Of a stretch of 36,946 nucleotides of DNA, positions 1 through 11,068 are shown one piece after another; the stretch's first letter is position 1, and each line of letters starts with the position of its first letter. The position numbers and the translations under genes are program-made. Source of the DNA: Catajapyx aquilonaris (lineage: Eukaryota); assembly GCA_000934665.2 (NCBI GenBank), contig KZ539002.1:1-36946 (forward strand), read 5' to 3'. The notes under the pieces were generated by a model. That model was not told the origin of the DNA. It searched no databases and saw nothing but the letters and a program-made list of their open reading frames with translations.

Positions 1-179
1 TCTGAGAAGAGAAGAGGGTGGTGGGAGGTGACGTCAAAAAACCGGCTCAGCGGCTAGTGAGCCAGCCATACTAATAGCAACTCTTCAAGCGGCCGTGGGA
101 GAGGAGAGGGTGAGCTGGACAGGAAGGGACTAATTAGCAGGAGGGGGAAGGTGGGTGGTGAGAAGGACTGGTATATATG

Positions 180-189
180 CCCTCCCCCC
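180..189 (-). promoter_or_regulatory. Polypurine tract of the LTR element
   Basis: Minus strand TTTTT-GGGGGGAGGG lies immediately before the start of the second LTR copy. Confidence 0.55.
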
Positions 190-714
190 AAAAATGGAGA
201 AGTGGGCGGGTCGAAGGGAATGGTGCAAAATAGTACATATTCTACAAAAAGTCAAAAGTACAAAAAATTTCAGAATAGAGAAAATACAGAGATACACATA
301 TCGCACATGTCACAAGAAATATATACAGCAAGTTACACAAAAATTCACAAATGACAGTCGCTGCACTTCAGTCACTAGATTAGCACAAAAATGTTAAAAA
401 GTCAGCTGCCTTCCTCGACGGTGTCGGGGAGAGGCAACATCGGTGCAGGCCGGAGTGCTGCTGGAAGATGGCGGCAGGCGGGTGGAGACGATTTCCCCGT
501 CGCCGTTGAATTGGCATGCGCATCAGAGCCAACAATGAGGAGTCAACAATAGGGGTTGTACAGTACCAGTGCCAGTGCCAAATGAGGAGGAGGGATGGAG
601 GGTGGAACTGGAACTCCAAGAGAGGCGAATGGGGGCAGGGAGTGAGACAATGGTAAGGAGAACTCTCTGGAGTGCCAGGTGATGGGAGAAGATGATTAAT
701 TGAGGGTGGGTAGA

Positions 715-1075
715 GGGTGGACGCAGTAATGCCACTTTGATCATTCCCTGGATTGGGTACCACGGGGTCACGCCGTCCGTGAGCACCTGCTTTTTTGCGN
801 NNNNNNNNNNNNNNNNNNNNNNNNNNNNNNNNNNNNNNNNNNNNNNNNNNNNNNNNNNNNNNNNNNNNNNNNNNNNNNNNNNNNNNNNNNNNNNNNNNNN
901 NNNNNNNNNNNNNNNNNNNNNNNNNNNNNNNNNNNNNNNAGTGGGGGGCGCAGAAATGCCACTTTGAACAGCCCCTGGATTGGGTACCACGGGGTCACGC
1001 CGTCGGTGAGCATCTGCTTTGGGGGAGTGGGAGGGGGGGGTGCGCAGTAATTCCACTTTGATCGCTTTCCTGTGT
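715..1075. repeat. ~94-bp GC-rich tandem repeat inside the LTR element, interrupted by an assembly gap
   Basis: The unit core CAG(T/A)AAT(G/T)CCACTTTGA occurs at 724, 951 and 1045. CCCTGGATTGGGTACCACGGGGTCACGCCGTC is present on both sides of the N run. Confidence 0.85.
800..939. other. Assembly gap (140 N)
   Basis: Run of N characters within the tandem repeat. Confidence 0.99.
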
Positions 1076-1370
1076 TGATTGCTACTGGGTCGCGTAGAAT
1101 GGCACCTGCATAGGGGTTGGATGGGGAAGGTAGTGGTTGTGACTTGTTGACGGCACTGGTTCTCACCCCGAGGGTCATCCGGCGAGAAGGCAGCTTCGGT
1201 GGGCTGCGTAGAATGGCGGGACGACCTCGGAGGAAGCGAAGGATGCCTTTCCTCAGCGCTGGAACCGCATCTTCGGGAGTTGCACGTACAACACAACGAA
1301 GTAGTAGGAAGGGAGTAGGGCAGAATTAGGAGGGAGGGAGTCAATGGAGGGGTCATAGGTAAGTGCCATA

Positions 1371-1381
1371 GTTGGACGCCA
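1371..1381 (-). promoter_or_regulatory. Primer-binding site, tRNA-Lys(CUU)-like
   Basis: The minus strand reads TGGCGTCCAAC, a 10/11 match to the TGGCGCCCAAC start of the canonical tRNA-Lys PBS, 1 nt after the LTR-terminal CA. Confidence 0.6.
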
Positions 1382-4300
1382 TTGTAACGGTACGTTGGGG
1401 ATAGGTGGGAATAACGTACAAGGGTGGGCTAAGAACTACTGTAGTATATTACAATATGATACATAAATACAGTGAGAAGGAATAGGAAGGAAGAAAGGAA
1501 GGAAGGACCTGATCAGGCAAAGGATAGGGTGAAAGAGGGCACAGGGCAGAGCCCACCAGTCCAACTCCTATTTATGGAGTCCCTCACTCTGAGGGTCAAG
1601 GGTAGGTGGCTTGGGGGAGGATTGGAAAAGGGTTGCAAGAAGGACGCGGGGTCATGGCCCGATAAGACTAGATAAGAGGATAAGAGGAGAGGAGAGGTGA
1701 GCTGGACAGGAAGGGACCAATTAGCAGGAGGGGGAAGATGGGTGGTGAGGAAGGACTGGTATAATATCCACCACTGTACAGTACTTCAAATCAAACCATA
1801 CCCCATTTTGATAAAGCTGGTAATGTGTATATTCTTAACTCTATTTCCATATCAGACTTAATTAGGATAAAAGTTGTTATTAGTCACAAAAATTATAGGT
1901 CCAATTTTATATCTAATGACTTTTGTTGCAGAAACAGAAATTGAAGCAAGACTACTGATAATTTTTTTTGGAATAAAAGTAATATCATTTGGATGTTCCC
2001 AAAACATGGCAAGCCTTTATCCATTGCGTCTGGGAAATATATACAGTAGAGTTCCATTAACTGTGACATTGATCATTGGCTTATAATATTGTCCAACTAT
2101 CACCACCAGCTAGCGACATGAAACTGTTGAGTATTATGAGTTTATGGGGGATTTAGCTTTAAAAGCTGAACTATTTTTTAAATCCTACTTGTACCTCAGT
2201 TATATGGGTAATTTAAACGAGGGTTAAGAGTCAGTTGTGATGCCACATATTGTCATTTGAACTCGACGTACGTTAGACACGACGCCTTTCATTTAAGGTA
2301 AGATTTGCCATAAAACTTAATTTGAGAAGGGAACAGTGAAATGTCTTCCTTAAAAGAGCTGGAACTGCATTCATGCCTTTTCGTCAGTTATTTGGCGTTC
2401 CGCTATGGGATAATGTCAGAATCCATTAAAAGAGCCGTCTTTCTTTCCTTGATGTCAAAACAGCTCAAATGTAAACAGAAAGTTTTGGAATTTTTATTAG
2501 CAATTTCTGTAAATAATAGCATTTTCTGAGAGGATATTTTCATACATTCAAGGACGGAAGGCTAGGTATTGCCTATGGAATGCTGTAAGTTTTAGCCCAC
2601 TCTACCATATAATCCTGTAGGTAGAGAAAGTGGCATGCATCAATTATTGCAATGCGATTTTGCACAACAATCGTAATCCTATAATTCTGCATGTGGATGA
2701 AACTTATAGCATAAAAAGATTAGAGCTGGATATGAACCCAAAAAATGCATGTCATTTCGTGAAAAAATATTTTTGTTCAGAGATGAACTTAATTACCCTT
2801 TTGTTGTGGCTCCGACGGAATTCGAGACTGGGTGAGGTGTGCGCAAAAAAAGTGCAAAATCCACACTACCAAAAAACCGCAAACAATCTCTATGCGAAAG
2901 TACTTTTCAGCAATGACAGCACATTTGCCTCCCCAAAGCGGACACTTTGATCTCGTGCCGTGTTACATAGGATATTCCAAACCATTTTGAAAAAGACAAA
3001 AAAAGACCAAAAAAATGCATCCTGTTGAATCAACACTAGGTTTGGTTTATATTTATGGTATAGGAGCAAAAGCGAACTTGCATTTTTTTCAGACATACGT
3101 ACAGTACACTCGGAGTCACGTAACTTCCTGCCACGTCAAAAGTCATTTTCAGGAATTGGGGTGGTTAGGTGGGGGTTTGAAGCGCAATTAGGGCGGAATG
3201 CTGCGCTCACCCAATTTCAGAGAATGTTGGTTAAAGGTGCCTTTCAACTCCGGATGGTGTGGGGAGCCGCAGGAAACCGCGGGTCAAAGGACTTACGCTG
3301 GTTTGCTATCTGCGCATCCCGGAGAGAAACATAAAAAGGAGGACCCGCTTCCAAACGATGCTGTTGGGGACAAGGAAAAAAAAAACAATGGGTGTGAATC
3401 TCCATGGCTGTTAATGGAGGACTTGAGGCTGATAATTAGGCCGTTGTCAAACACCCGGTGTGAGGAGGAAGGGAGGTTTGCTTGGATTATACAGTGGGAA
3501 TTGAATTCATTAACTTTGCTTGCAAATGGTGCGGAGTGTACTCAAATGGACAATTCAGAGTGGTGTGGCATCTACTGATAGGTAGTTTGTTATTTTTGCT
3601 ACAACTTGTTTATTGTATTGCTAAGGGTCATGCAGATAATGTGTATTTTATTTTAACAAATAAAATCTTTGAATAAATTTGTGCCACTCTGTTTTGCTTG
3701 CCACGAGAGAGCAGATGTAGTCAAAAGGTCCTCCTGAGTATTATTAATGACGAGGGTCGATTGTTTGTGTTAATAACAATAAAGTCATTATGTTTAACAA
3801 GTCTGCTATAGTCACAATGTTGTCATTTTGAATTATACACTCATAGGGAAAACTATGACCATGGATGTAAATATCTAGGTCAATAAAATTGACACGCTGA
3901 TTCGTGTCATTAACCGGAGATGTTTTGGATTATTATCGACAAATTTCCTGGCGGTCTTTTGGTATAACATTCATCTGCACACAATATTACAGGAAATTAA
4001 TGATTTTTATCATTTATATTATCTAAATTACATATACGTAGAATTGAATACTGTATTGATGTACTATAAAGGCATGCACAACAGCTCCCCCGAATTTTCT
4101 GGACACACAACCTACGCGTATTATATTTGGATGTATTACATACAACCGTCAACACCTCCGCAAAATGAATGTGTGTTTAAAAAAATATTCATCTTGCTTG
4201 AGTGCATAATTATATGGTTGTAGAGTGATATGTTAGGCTGCAATATGACATGTAGAGCTTAATTAAATTGTAACTAATTTTCAAAATATCTCCTATAATT

Positions 4301-5278
4301 TGTTTCAACCGAGTTGCAAGTTTGTTGACAGAACACATTTCTAGGATGTGTTGGTATGACAAGTAGTGAGTAAGTTAGACGTCGTGTTTTCTATGAATCT
4401 GGTCGTTATATCGATTTGAATTCCGACTTGGAGTCAAATTCATTTGGAAGCAGGCATGAGAGTCTAAGGGGAAAATCCTTTACCAGTTAGTGTACCATTC
4501 ACTCCTGAATTCAATTTACTCTTGAGCCTGTTGGGCCGCCTTCTACTTGATCTATGCATAGAGTTTGCTTACGGGAACCATAATACCATCGCGGAACCTG
4601 AGTATTGCGCCATCCTGCTTCATATGCAAATAATAAATGTTGGAAGCTCAAGAAGCGCCTATATACGACGGTATAGGGTGGGCGAGAAATTGCCATTCCT
4701 TAGGGCTTAGGCAGAAAGGGGCTTGGAAAAGGTTCATCCCAAAACGACGCTAACCGTTGTGCCTTTCTTGTTTGGCTGGGTTGCTGCCATATTTATATTT
4801 AGCCCTAAGGGATTCACCCTATGCTGGAAGAACAATCATGCACAGAAACTAAAGGAGGTTGTTATACGTAACAAAGTGATAAATGGACCACATTATGCCT
4901 AATACTCCAGGAAGCCAGAAGGGGTAATTTATTTCTGCTGCATACAGTATGTGGATAGAAATAATATCACGTTGCATTATATTAATTCCTTAATTTTTTG
5001 TATTGATTGCACTGCTGCTATATTTAATAAACAAGATAATAATTGACTATTATTTTTAAGTGGGTAATATGTTGAAAATTTGATACTTTTCTATGAGTGC
5101 AAAGAGGAAAGGCTGTAGCCCAGGAAACCATGCTCTTAAACATACAAAGGGTTTGATATTCAAAATTAACACGTAGGCAAGCATTTCATCTTGAGAAACC
5201 TGGTGTGTATAAGACAGATTATTACGAAACAGGAATGACCAGTTCAATCCCCGGACACTACCCCTACAATCTTATCTT

Positions 5279-5595
5279 ATCGCCTGACGGGGCGTTTTGC
5301 ATGAGGTGCTCATTTGAGAGCGCCATGAGACAGCCTTTCACTGCTACATTATGTGACGACCCTACCGGACAGAGCTGAACTTTATAGGTACAAAAGGGAA
5401 GCGCTCAGGAAGCGCTACATTGGGGGACCCAACATGGTCGCCGGCGGCCATGTTGGGCCCGCGTGTAGCGGCTTCCCTTCTACCTAAGTTCAGCTCGGTC
5501 CGGTAGCGGTAGGGTCGCCACATAATGTAGCTGTGAAAGTCGGTCTCATGGCGCTCTCAAGTGAGCACCTCATGCAAAACGCCGTGGTAGGCGAT
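5279..5595. mobile_element. Fold-back (almost fully palindromic) MITE-like element, ~317 bp
   Basis: The left arm ATCGCCT..GGCGTTTTGCATGAGGTGCTCATTTGAGAGCGCCATGAGAC... is the reverse complement of the right arm ...GTCTCATGGCGCTCTCAAGTGAGCACCTCATGCAAAACGCC..AGGCGAT. Pairing continues with indels to the centre CCCAACATGGTCGCCGGCGGCCATGTTGGG. No clear TSD. Confidence 0.85.
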
Positions 5596-6720
5596 CAAAG
5601 TGACCAGACCTTAGTATTATAAGACCATGGACTAGTGCAAGGATATCAATATATTTTGTAGGCGATGCGAGGGAAATTCGGAAGCAGAAACGCTGTGCAG
5701 TACAAGGCTACAAGCTCTGACAAAATCTTCATCCTGAATATTAGTCCAACCCGCCTCGCAGAAAAGGCGGATGTGTAGCTCTTGAGAGTCAGGATAAACA
5801 ATCATAGAATAACCGATTCTGGGGATTCTGGTGTCAGTGTTGCAAAAAGACGGGAAAGTGGTCATACTTTTTAGAAGCCTTGGAACTTGGAAGATTGACA
5901 GTCATATCCTATACAGAAACCTTTCTCTACATCAACTCAGCTGCACATTTTCGATCTGGTGCCTTGTTTACTACAGAACCAGAATGTACAGAACCGTATA
6001 TGCTGTAAGTCCATCACTGTAAACTGTATATACGAGGTGACATCCACTACATGACGTAGATATGTCCGATTATGGCTTCATACAAGGAAAGGACGTAAAG
6101 CGGAATGTTTTTTAATACAGAAAAAATAAGTGGTCGGGAGAGTTCATTAATTTTGCGACCGGACTTCTTATCCCGCTATATTTACTGGAAGCCATTTGAT
6201 ACACACGGGCAAAGGAAACAACATGCAATTCCATTCATATGGGAGCACTAAATAGGCTTACTGAACGCAGGGACGTATAAATAAGCGTATTGCTTGGCCA
6301 ACGACAAAATAACAAAAAGCACGACCTGGAGCTTAGCGGAAGCAGATTAGTGTACATTATTAGAGGGAAGGCTTCTGAGTCGGTCAGTGACAGTGAAAAA
6401 TAAATCTCATTGTTGCATACAGCAGGGAAGCAAAATGAAAATAACAGCACGTCCTCAAAAATATGACAACTATAGGAAAAATGCGATTATGAAGCTAACT
6501 CGTACACCAAAAATATAGGTTATTCATAATAATTCACTCAAACTTCCAGTATGACTTTCTGGACACCAGAGGATTACGGTATAATATAGATGTGTCATTT
6601 GATCTCAGCCGTTTCTGAGATAATTATCATTTATCAAAGGATGCATTATGCTAGCTTATAAGCATCGGGCACAGTCTGAAACTGCTGCAGCCTCGGGGAC
6701 TCCTTGCTATAGCATCAGTT

Positions 6721-7075
6721 TAAAGGGTGGTCCATGATCTATTTTGCAGTGGCTCACAATAATTTTATTGGAAATTGATCCTAATAATTTTACAGGAAAA
6801 GTCAAGCTGAGTTTTTACTTACCGGTGTATGTTCTCTGGCGGAGTAGTGAAAACCTCCAGGCTTGAATGTTAAAAAGTTGCATGGTAACACCTGAAGGTT
6901 TCATTAAAAGGCAAGGTAGGATGTATATCTGCCAGGATATTTGATACCTTGAAGTTGAAACAATAATCTCAGTAACGGAGTTTCTAAGACCAAACGGCAC
7001 CTGTAATTACAGCCGCTCAGAAGTCGACCATCTTAGAAGTGTGCTTGAATAATACACATTATGAAACACCCTGTA
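6721..7075. mobile_element. Possible degenerate mariner-type MITE remnant
   Basis: The right end TTATGAAACACCCTGTA is a typical mariner-like terminus (reverse complement TACAGGGTGTTTCATAA). The left end TAAAGGGTGGTCCATGA matches it at 13/17. Confidence 0.35.
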
Positions 7076-7448
7076 TACAGAATGTTGCATGACCAAGTCC
7101 CAAGGTGGGAGTAGGGGAAGAGGAAGACGTTGTGAATTATCTACCCCAGCAACCAGTTCAAAGAGAAACAACCCATAGGAAGCGACATTCAGGGCCACAT
7201 TCAATTAGTGTTTCTGTTTAAAATGGTTGCTGGCGAAAAAACGAGTCTTAACTTATTCACACGCTTTCCTCTTTACTGAGGACTTAGGTAAGGCGCTATC
7301 TTGTATACATAATGAATAATTATCCAGACTTTTACCAGTGCAGAGTGTATATGACCAGTTGGCTGTTAGTGCACAATTTAGTTTCAGCGTGAAACTTCAT
7401 TACAAATTTTTGGGGAGGCGGAGTGGCGCTGAGGTAACGCATACCGTA

Positions 7449-7548
7449 CAGTAAAACCTCGATATAATGCTCTTCAAGGGACCGCCCAAAAGTAGCGTTA
7501 TATGCGGGATAGAGTTATATGCGGCAGCGTTATATCGAGGTTTTACTG
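7449..7548. mobile_element. 100-bp pogo/Tigger-type (Tc1/mariner superfamily) MITE with TA target-site duplication
   Basis: TA|CAGTAAAACCTCGATATAATGC...GCGTTATATCGAGGTTTTACTG|TA: 22-bp TIRs with one mismatch, and internal reiteration of GTTATAT(G/C)CG-like motifs. Confidence 0.92.
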
Positions 7549-7747
7549 TATTGTATTAGTGTATTACTTGCTTACAATATAGGCCTAGTGCTAAAAATTT
7601 CTAGCATTTTGTGTAGCTAGACACAATGTTTTAATGACAGCTGATAATTAAAATACAGTACCACCTTATTGGATACTTAAGGGCTAATGGTTTTTGCATG
7701 TGGGAATAAAGATCGCCAACTCAATTCCCAGAATGGAACTATCCAAG

Positions 7748-7840
7748 CCCTTTCCATGTGGAAAATCCTCCACCCTATCTAGGGATCTACCTCTGGACTC
7801 CAAAAGGTGAAAGGCCAGAGTTCTAACCCTTAGAGCACAG
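7748..7840 (-). mobile_element. Degenerate tRNA-derived SINE head
   Basis: The minus strand CTGTGCTCTAAGGGTTAGAACTCTGGCCTTTCACC...CCAGAGGTAGATCCC has A-box-like and B-box-like motifs at tRNA-like spacing. Confidence 0.4.
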
Positions 7841-9539
7841 TTCTGGCTTACGTTAGAAACTTAGAATCAATAATGAAATGTGCTGTGGATGATATCAACA
7901 TGCAAATGTAATGCAGGCGAAGGTAAACTTATATTTGGGGGTAAAAGGCACCACGTGTTTTTGGTCATGAAACGGGTGTCACCGCTATCTTGAAAAGAGA
8001 CGTGATTAAACCTAGCCTGCATTTTTATATCAGGTTGTAACTCACTGTATACAGTATTGTTCTCTCTGAACAAAATCTCATACAGGGACATCATCACGAG
8101 ATGGAGAATGGATTACAACAGTTGTGTGGCGGTTATAGCTAGCAGTTGACATGTGCTTCTCTGCGGTGTACATATCCTGCTGACATTTTTTGCAGCTTTT
8201 TATTGAGGTAGAAGGGTTTGATGGATGGCGGGATTGGGGAAGGAGGCCATAATACTTGGGAGAGAAGTTGCGAAGAGGGGTGAAGAACTGTAGGCTTTCT
8301 TGCTTGTTTGCTTGATTAATTGATTGACTGATTGATCTACTCCCTGCTTTCGCTTCTCCCCCGTCTTGAGAAATATTTTAGATTTTGGACTCATCTTGTT
8401 GACCTTATGGTCCTCCTCTTTTGAGCCTGAGGCAGATGGTAGTCACACACATTTATACATAATAGGCGACAGGGAGTCCTGCAAAGGAAAGCGTCTGCCT
8501 TGTCTGCTCTGGCACATGTCAGTGATGTTGATCAGCATGTGTCTACAATGGCATAAACAGTACTTATGTTGACAATATTTTGAGGTTAAATAATCTGAGT
8601 AGCGGTTACCATTCAAACTCCACTAAAACCAGAGGTACCGGTACTGTACCTGCCAAAGACAGTTTTTTCCAGAGGTATCTTGTCGATATGCAACAATCAG
8701 AATATTTATGCTTTTTTTCCCAGCGACTTCAGCTTAGGCGAGTGCTGATGGTTGTGTCGCACCAGGATACGTCTAGCGAAAACTTTTTCTGGTAGATAGT
8801 AAGGCTAACTTTTTTTTTGTAACGAACTAAACTTTGGATGACAAATACTCCATAGAGGGTCATGTGTCTCCCCTTACTTATAAATAAACTTATGTGCTTT
8901 GCTGATACTGCACGACTGATAAATGGACATTGGGCCTGTCAATTTCTATCTTGTACGAGATAAACTTGTCAGAATGGCCTAGTGGGCTCATGATGGTACC
9001 CATACAAAGAACCGATTTTTTTGTTAAGCCCTTCTCTTGTCGACCAGTGTTATTTCTCATTATAATGATCTATTATTATGCAACTATTACGTAAACGGTT
9101 ATTAATGTGCACAGTAAATTTGAACGAAAAGTGTGAATTTTATTGAGGACTATTCATGTGACGTTTTGACTGCTTTAGCATTGGTTCCGACTCTTACGTT
9201 GAAAATGGGCTGGCCTCGATGAGGCATTATGTTTACATTGTGCAGAATCATAACGTTCAAAGGCTGGAACAGAACTACAATAATTCATAAAAGGTTATAC
9301 GAGTCAATATCGAAATGAGGCACTCAGAGTATTAAACAAAGGTCCAAATCAAACATTGAAACGGAATGCTACAGCATCCTATTACAGACGATATTGTTGA
9401 TTTTTTGCGAATCAGTTAAAAGCGAGAAGGCGTTTTTGCGACCTCTCTCCTCATGTGTACGTGGTATTTTACATAATTGAATCCTTTTCTTATGTCCACA
9501 ATGTTACTGTGAAATTCAATGGCTATTCAGCGTAATTAA

Positions 9540-9575
9540 TTTTTTTTTGTATTACCCCGTGATAGAGCCTTGGGC
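9540..9575 (-). mobile_element. 3'-terminal fragment of a SINE/LINE family with an A-rich tail
   Basis: TACCCCGTGATAGAGCCTTGGGC (9553-9575) matches 33972-33994 at 22/23. On the minus strand it is followed by AATAC(A)9. Confidence 0.55.
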
Positions 9576-9584
9576 CCTTTCAGC

Positions 9585-9617
9585 GGGGGGGGGGGGGGGG
9601 GGGGGGGGGGGGTNGGG
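9585..9617 (+). repeat. Poly-G tract (G-quadruplex potential; low-quality base nearby)
   Basis: About 28 consecutive G followed by TnGGG. Confidence 0.9.
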
Positions 9618-10879
9618 AGGTGCCCAGTGTTTATTTGCTCACACGCGCACGTCATAAAAGCTAGGTCAGCCATGCATCATGTGGCACATATGATGCATCA
9701 GTGGCTGAACTGAAATTACGTCTCTTTTAGCAGCCTGCCCGTGACGGAGATATTATTTGTTTTGTTCCAATATCGGTTGTGTTCCACGCTTCCACCCATC
9801 AGTTAGATTACTTCAAAACAACTACACATGGCCATAACGCCAGACACTTGTCAAGTAATATGCTTGTTACTTGCTAGTGCTCCACGTGTATTACACTTTA
9901 CAACAGGTATACTGTGAGAGCTAAGAATATTTCTGAATAAATGTAGAACAATATTATTATTATTAAATGCCTGCACTATATTCCTACAACCAAAAAGGTC
10001 TTCTGTTACCTATTTTGTACTGTCACATTTGCAAACTCTGAGAATCTTCCCATAAGCCTCACTTTAACGTAATTACTTGTCAAGTTTAGCGAGGCAACGT
10101 TCCATTGCATAAGCAATGCTCATCTGTATTCTTACACGAGTGAACGTGGTGGGTATCGCCGCAGTAATCTCTGTGGCTTGATAAGGTGATGCGATGCGGC
10201 GAGTTAACGTGTTGTTGGAACTGTGCAGTGAGTAATAATAGTCTTAAATGCCACCGCTAAGAACGACTCCAAAGTGAAGCCTTTCGGCTTAATTGCTGCG
10301 ATCCATCTTCCGTGGCTATCTACATTACACCGGGCCGCTACTTATGACTCTCTTGACGCATAATGCTCCGTTTTAGTGACGACAATGGAAGCTGTGCCCA
10401 GAATGAAAAGTGCAAGTGCTTGAATAACCTCAGAGGGGTCACGGCACCTGGCACCAAGAAAAATGCATGCATCGTTTGTTTTTGGTCTGGATATTACAAG
10501 CATTCTCGGGATGTTGTCGGGTAGGATAAGATAGGGACTGTGGTGGATTGTGGGTCGGCATCAGCATCCAAAAGCAACCCTTCCCTACCCCACCTACCCC
10601 CTTCTCATCTCCCGCATCCTACCGTCATACGCTCTCCTCCACCCCCCTCCCTGCCCAACCAACTATCCCAAAATTTGGAACGCCTGCGCAACACCGCCCC
10701 AACCTCCGGATGAATCTTCGGGAGTTTGGTCTCCCGGATTCTGTCGGGCTGCCAGCATCCCCAGTCGGCCGCGGACCGCCTCCCCGGACAAAAGCAATGA
10801 CCTTACATATATAACAGAATTGTTTTCTCAAAAATAATAGATTTTTTTCGGCCACTTACCCCCCAGAGTGAGACATTGG

Positions 10880-11053
10880 ATGTGCAAGTCAGAACAAATG
10901 TGTAAGTGCCAGTGTTGCCAGGTGACTTGACCCCGACTGTGCGTGGTTATAGCGACGACTGTATATGACGCGTGTACGGGCGGGGGTCACACCCCCGATG
11001 GATGGACACAATACAGTAATGTGAAGGCGACACCCTTTTTAACTCAAATGTAA
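10880..11053 (+). promoter_or_regulatory. Cluster of upstream AUGs/uORFs in the putative 5' leader of Nmdar2
   Basis: ATGs at 10880, 10898, 10965, 10998, 11002, 11019 and 11048. uORFs: 10880-10930 (MCKSEQMCKCQCCQVT*), 10965-11024 (MTRVRAGVTPPMDGHNTVM*), 11002-11019 (MDTIQ*), and an ATG-TAA start-stop at 11048-11053. A candidate splice acceptor (TTTTTTTCGGCCACTTACCCCCCAG) ends at 10866. Inclusion in the mRNA is inferred, not shown. Confidence 0.45.
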
Positions 11054-11068
11054 CTTACGGACGAAAGG

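Larger units (their letters stand above)
1..1766 (-). mobile_element. Non-autonomous or internally deleted LTR retrotransposon-like element (3' LTR truncated by the window edge)
   Basis: A ~78-bp direct repeat at ~99-176 and ~1685-1763 marks the LTR starts on the minus strand. The 5' LTR (~1766 to 1383) ends ...GTTACA, followed after 1 nt by TGGCGTCCAAC (PBS-like). A purine tract GGGGGGAGGG (189-180) directly precedes the second LTR copy. No RT, RNase H or integrase motifs were seen in the ~1.2-kb interior. Confidence 0.65.

Noticed and set aside
715..1075. Repeat-spacer-like appearance suggesting a CRISPR array
   Set aside because: Units are contiguous ~94-bp tandem copies without unique spacers, in a eukaryotic context with no cas genes.
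3099..3545. Possible Tigger-like element starting TACAGTACACTCGG with partner CGGAGTGTACT near 3532-3542
   Set aside because: Only ~10 bp of inverted match and no terminal CTG-TA on the right.
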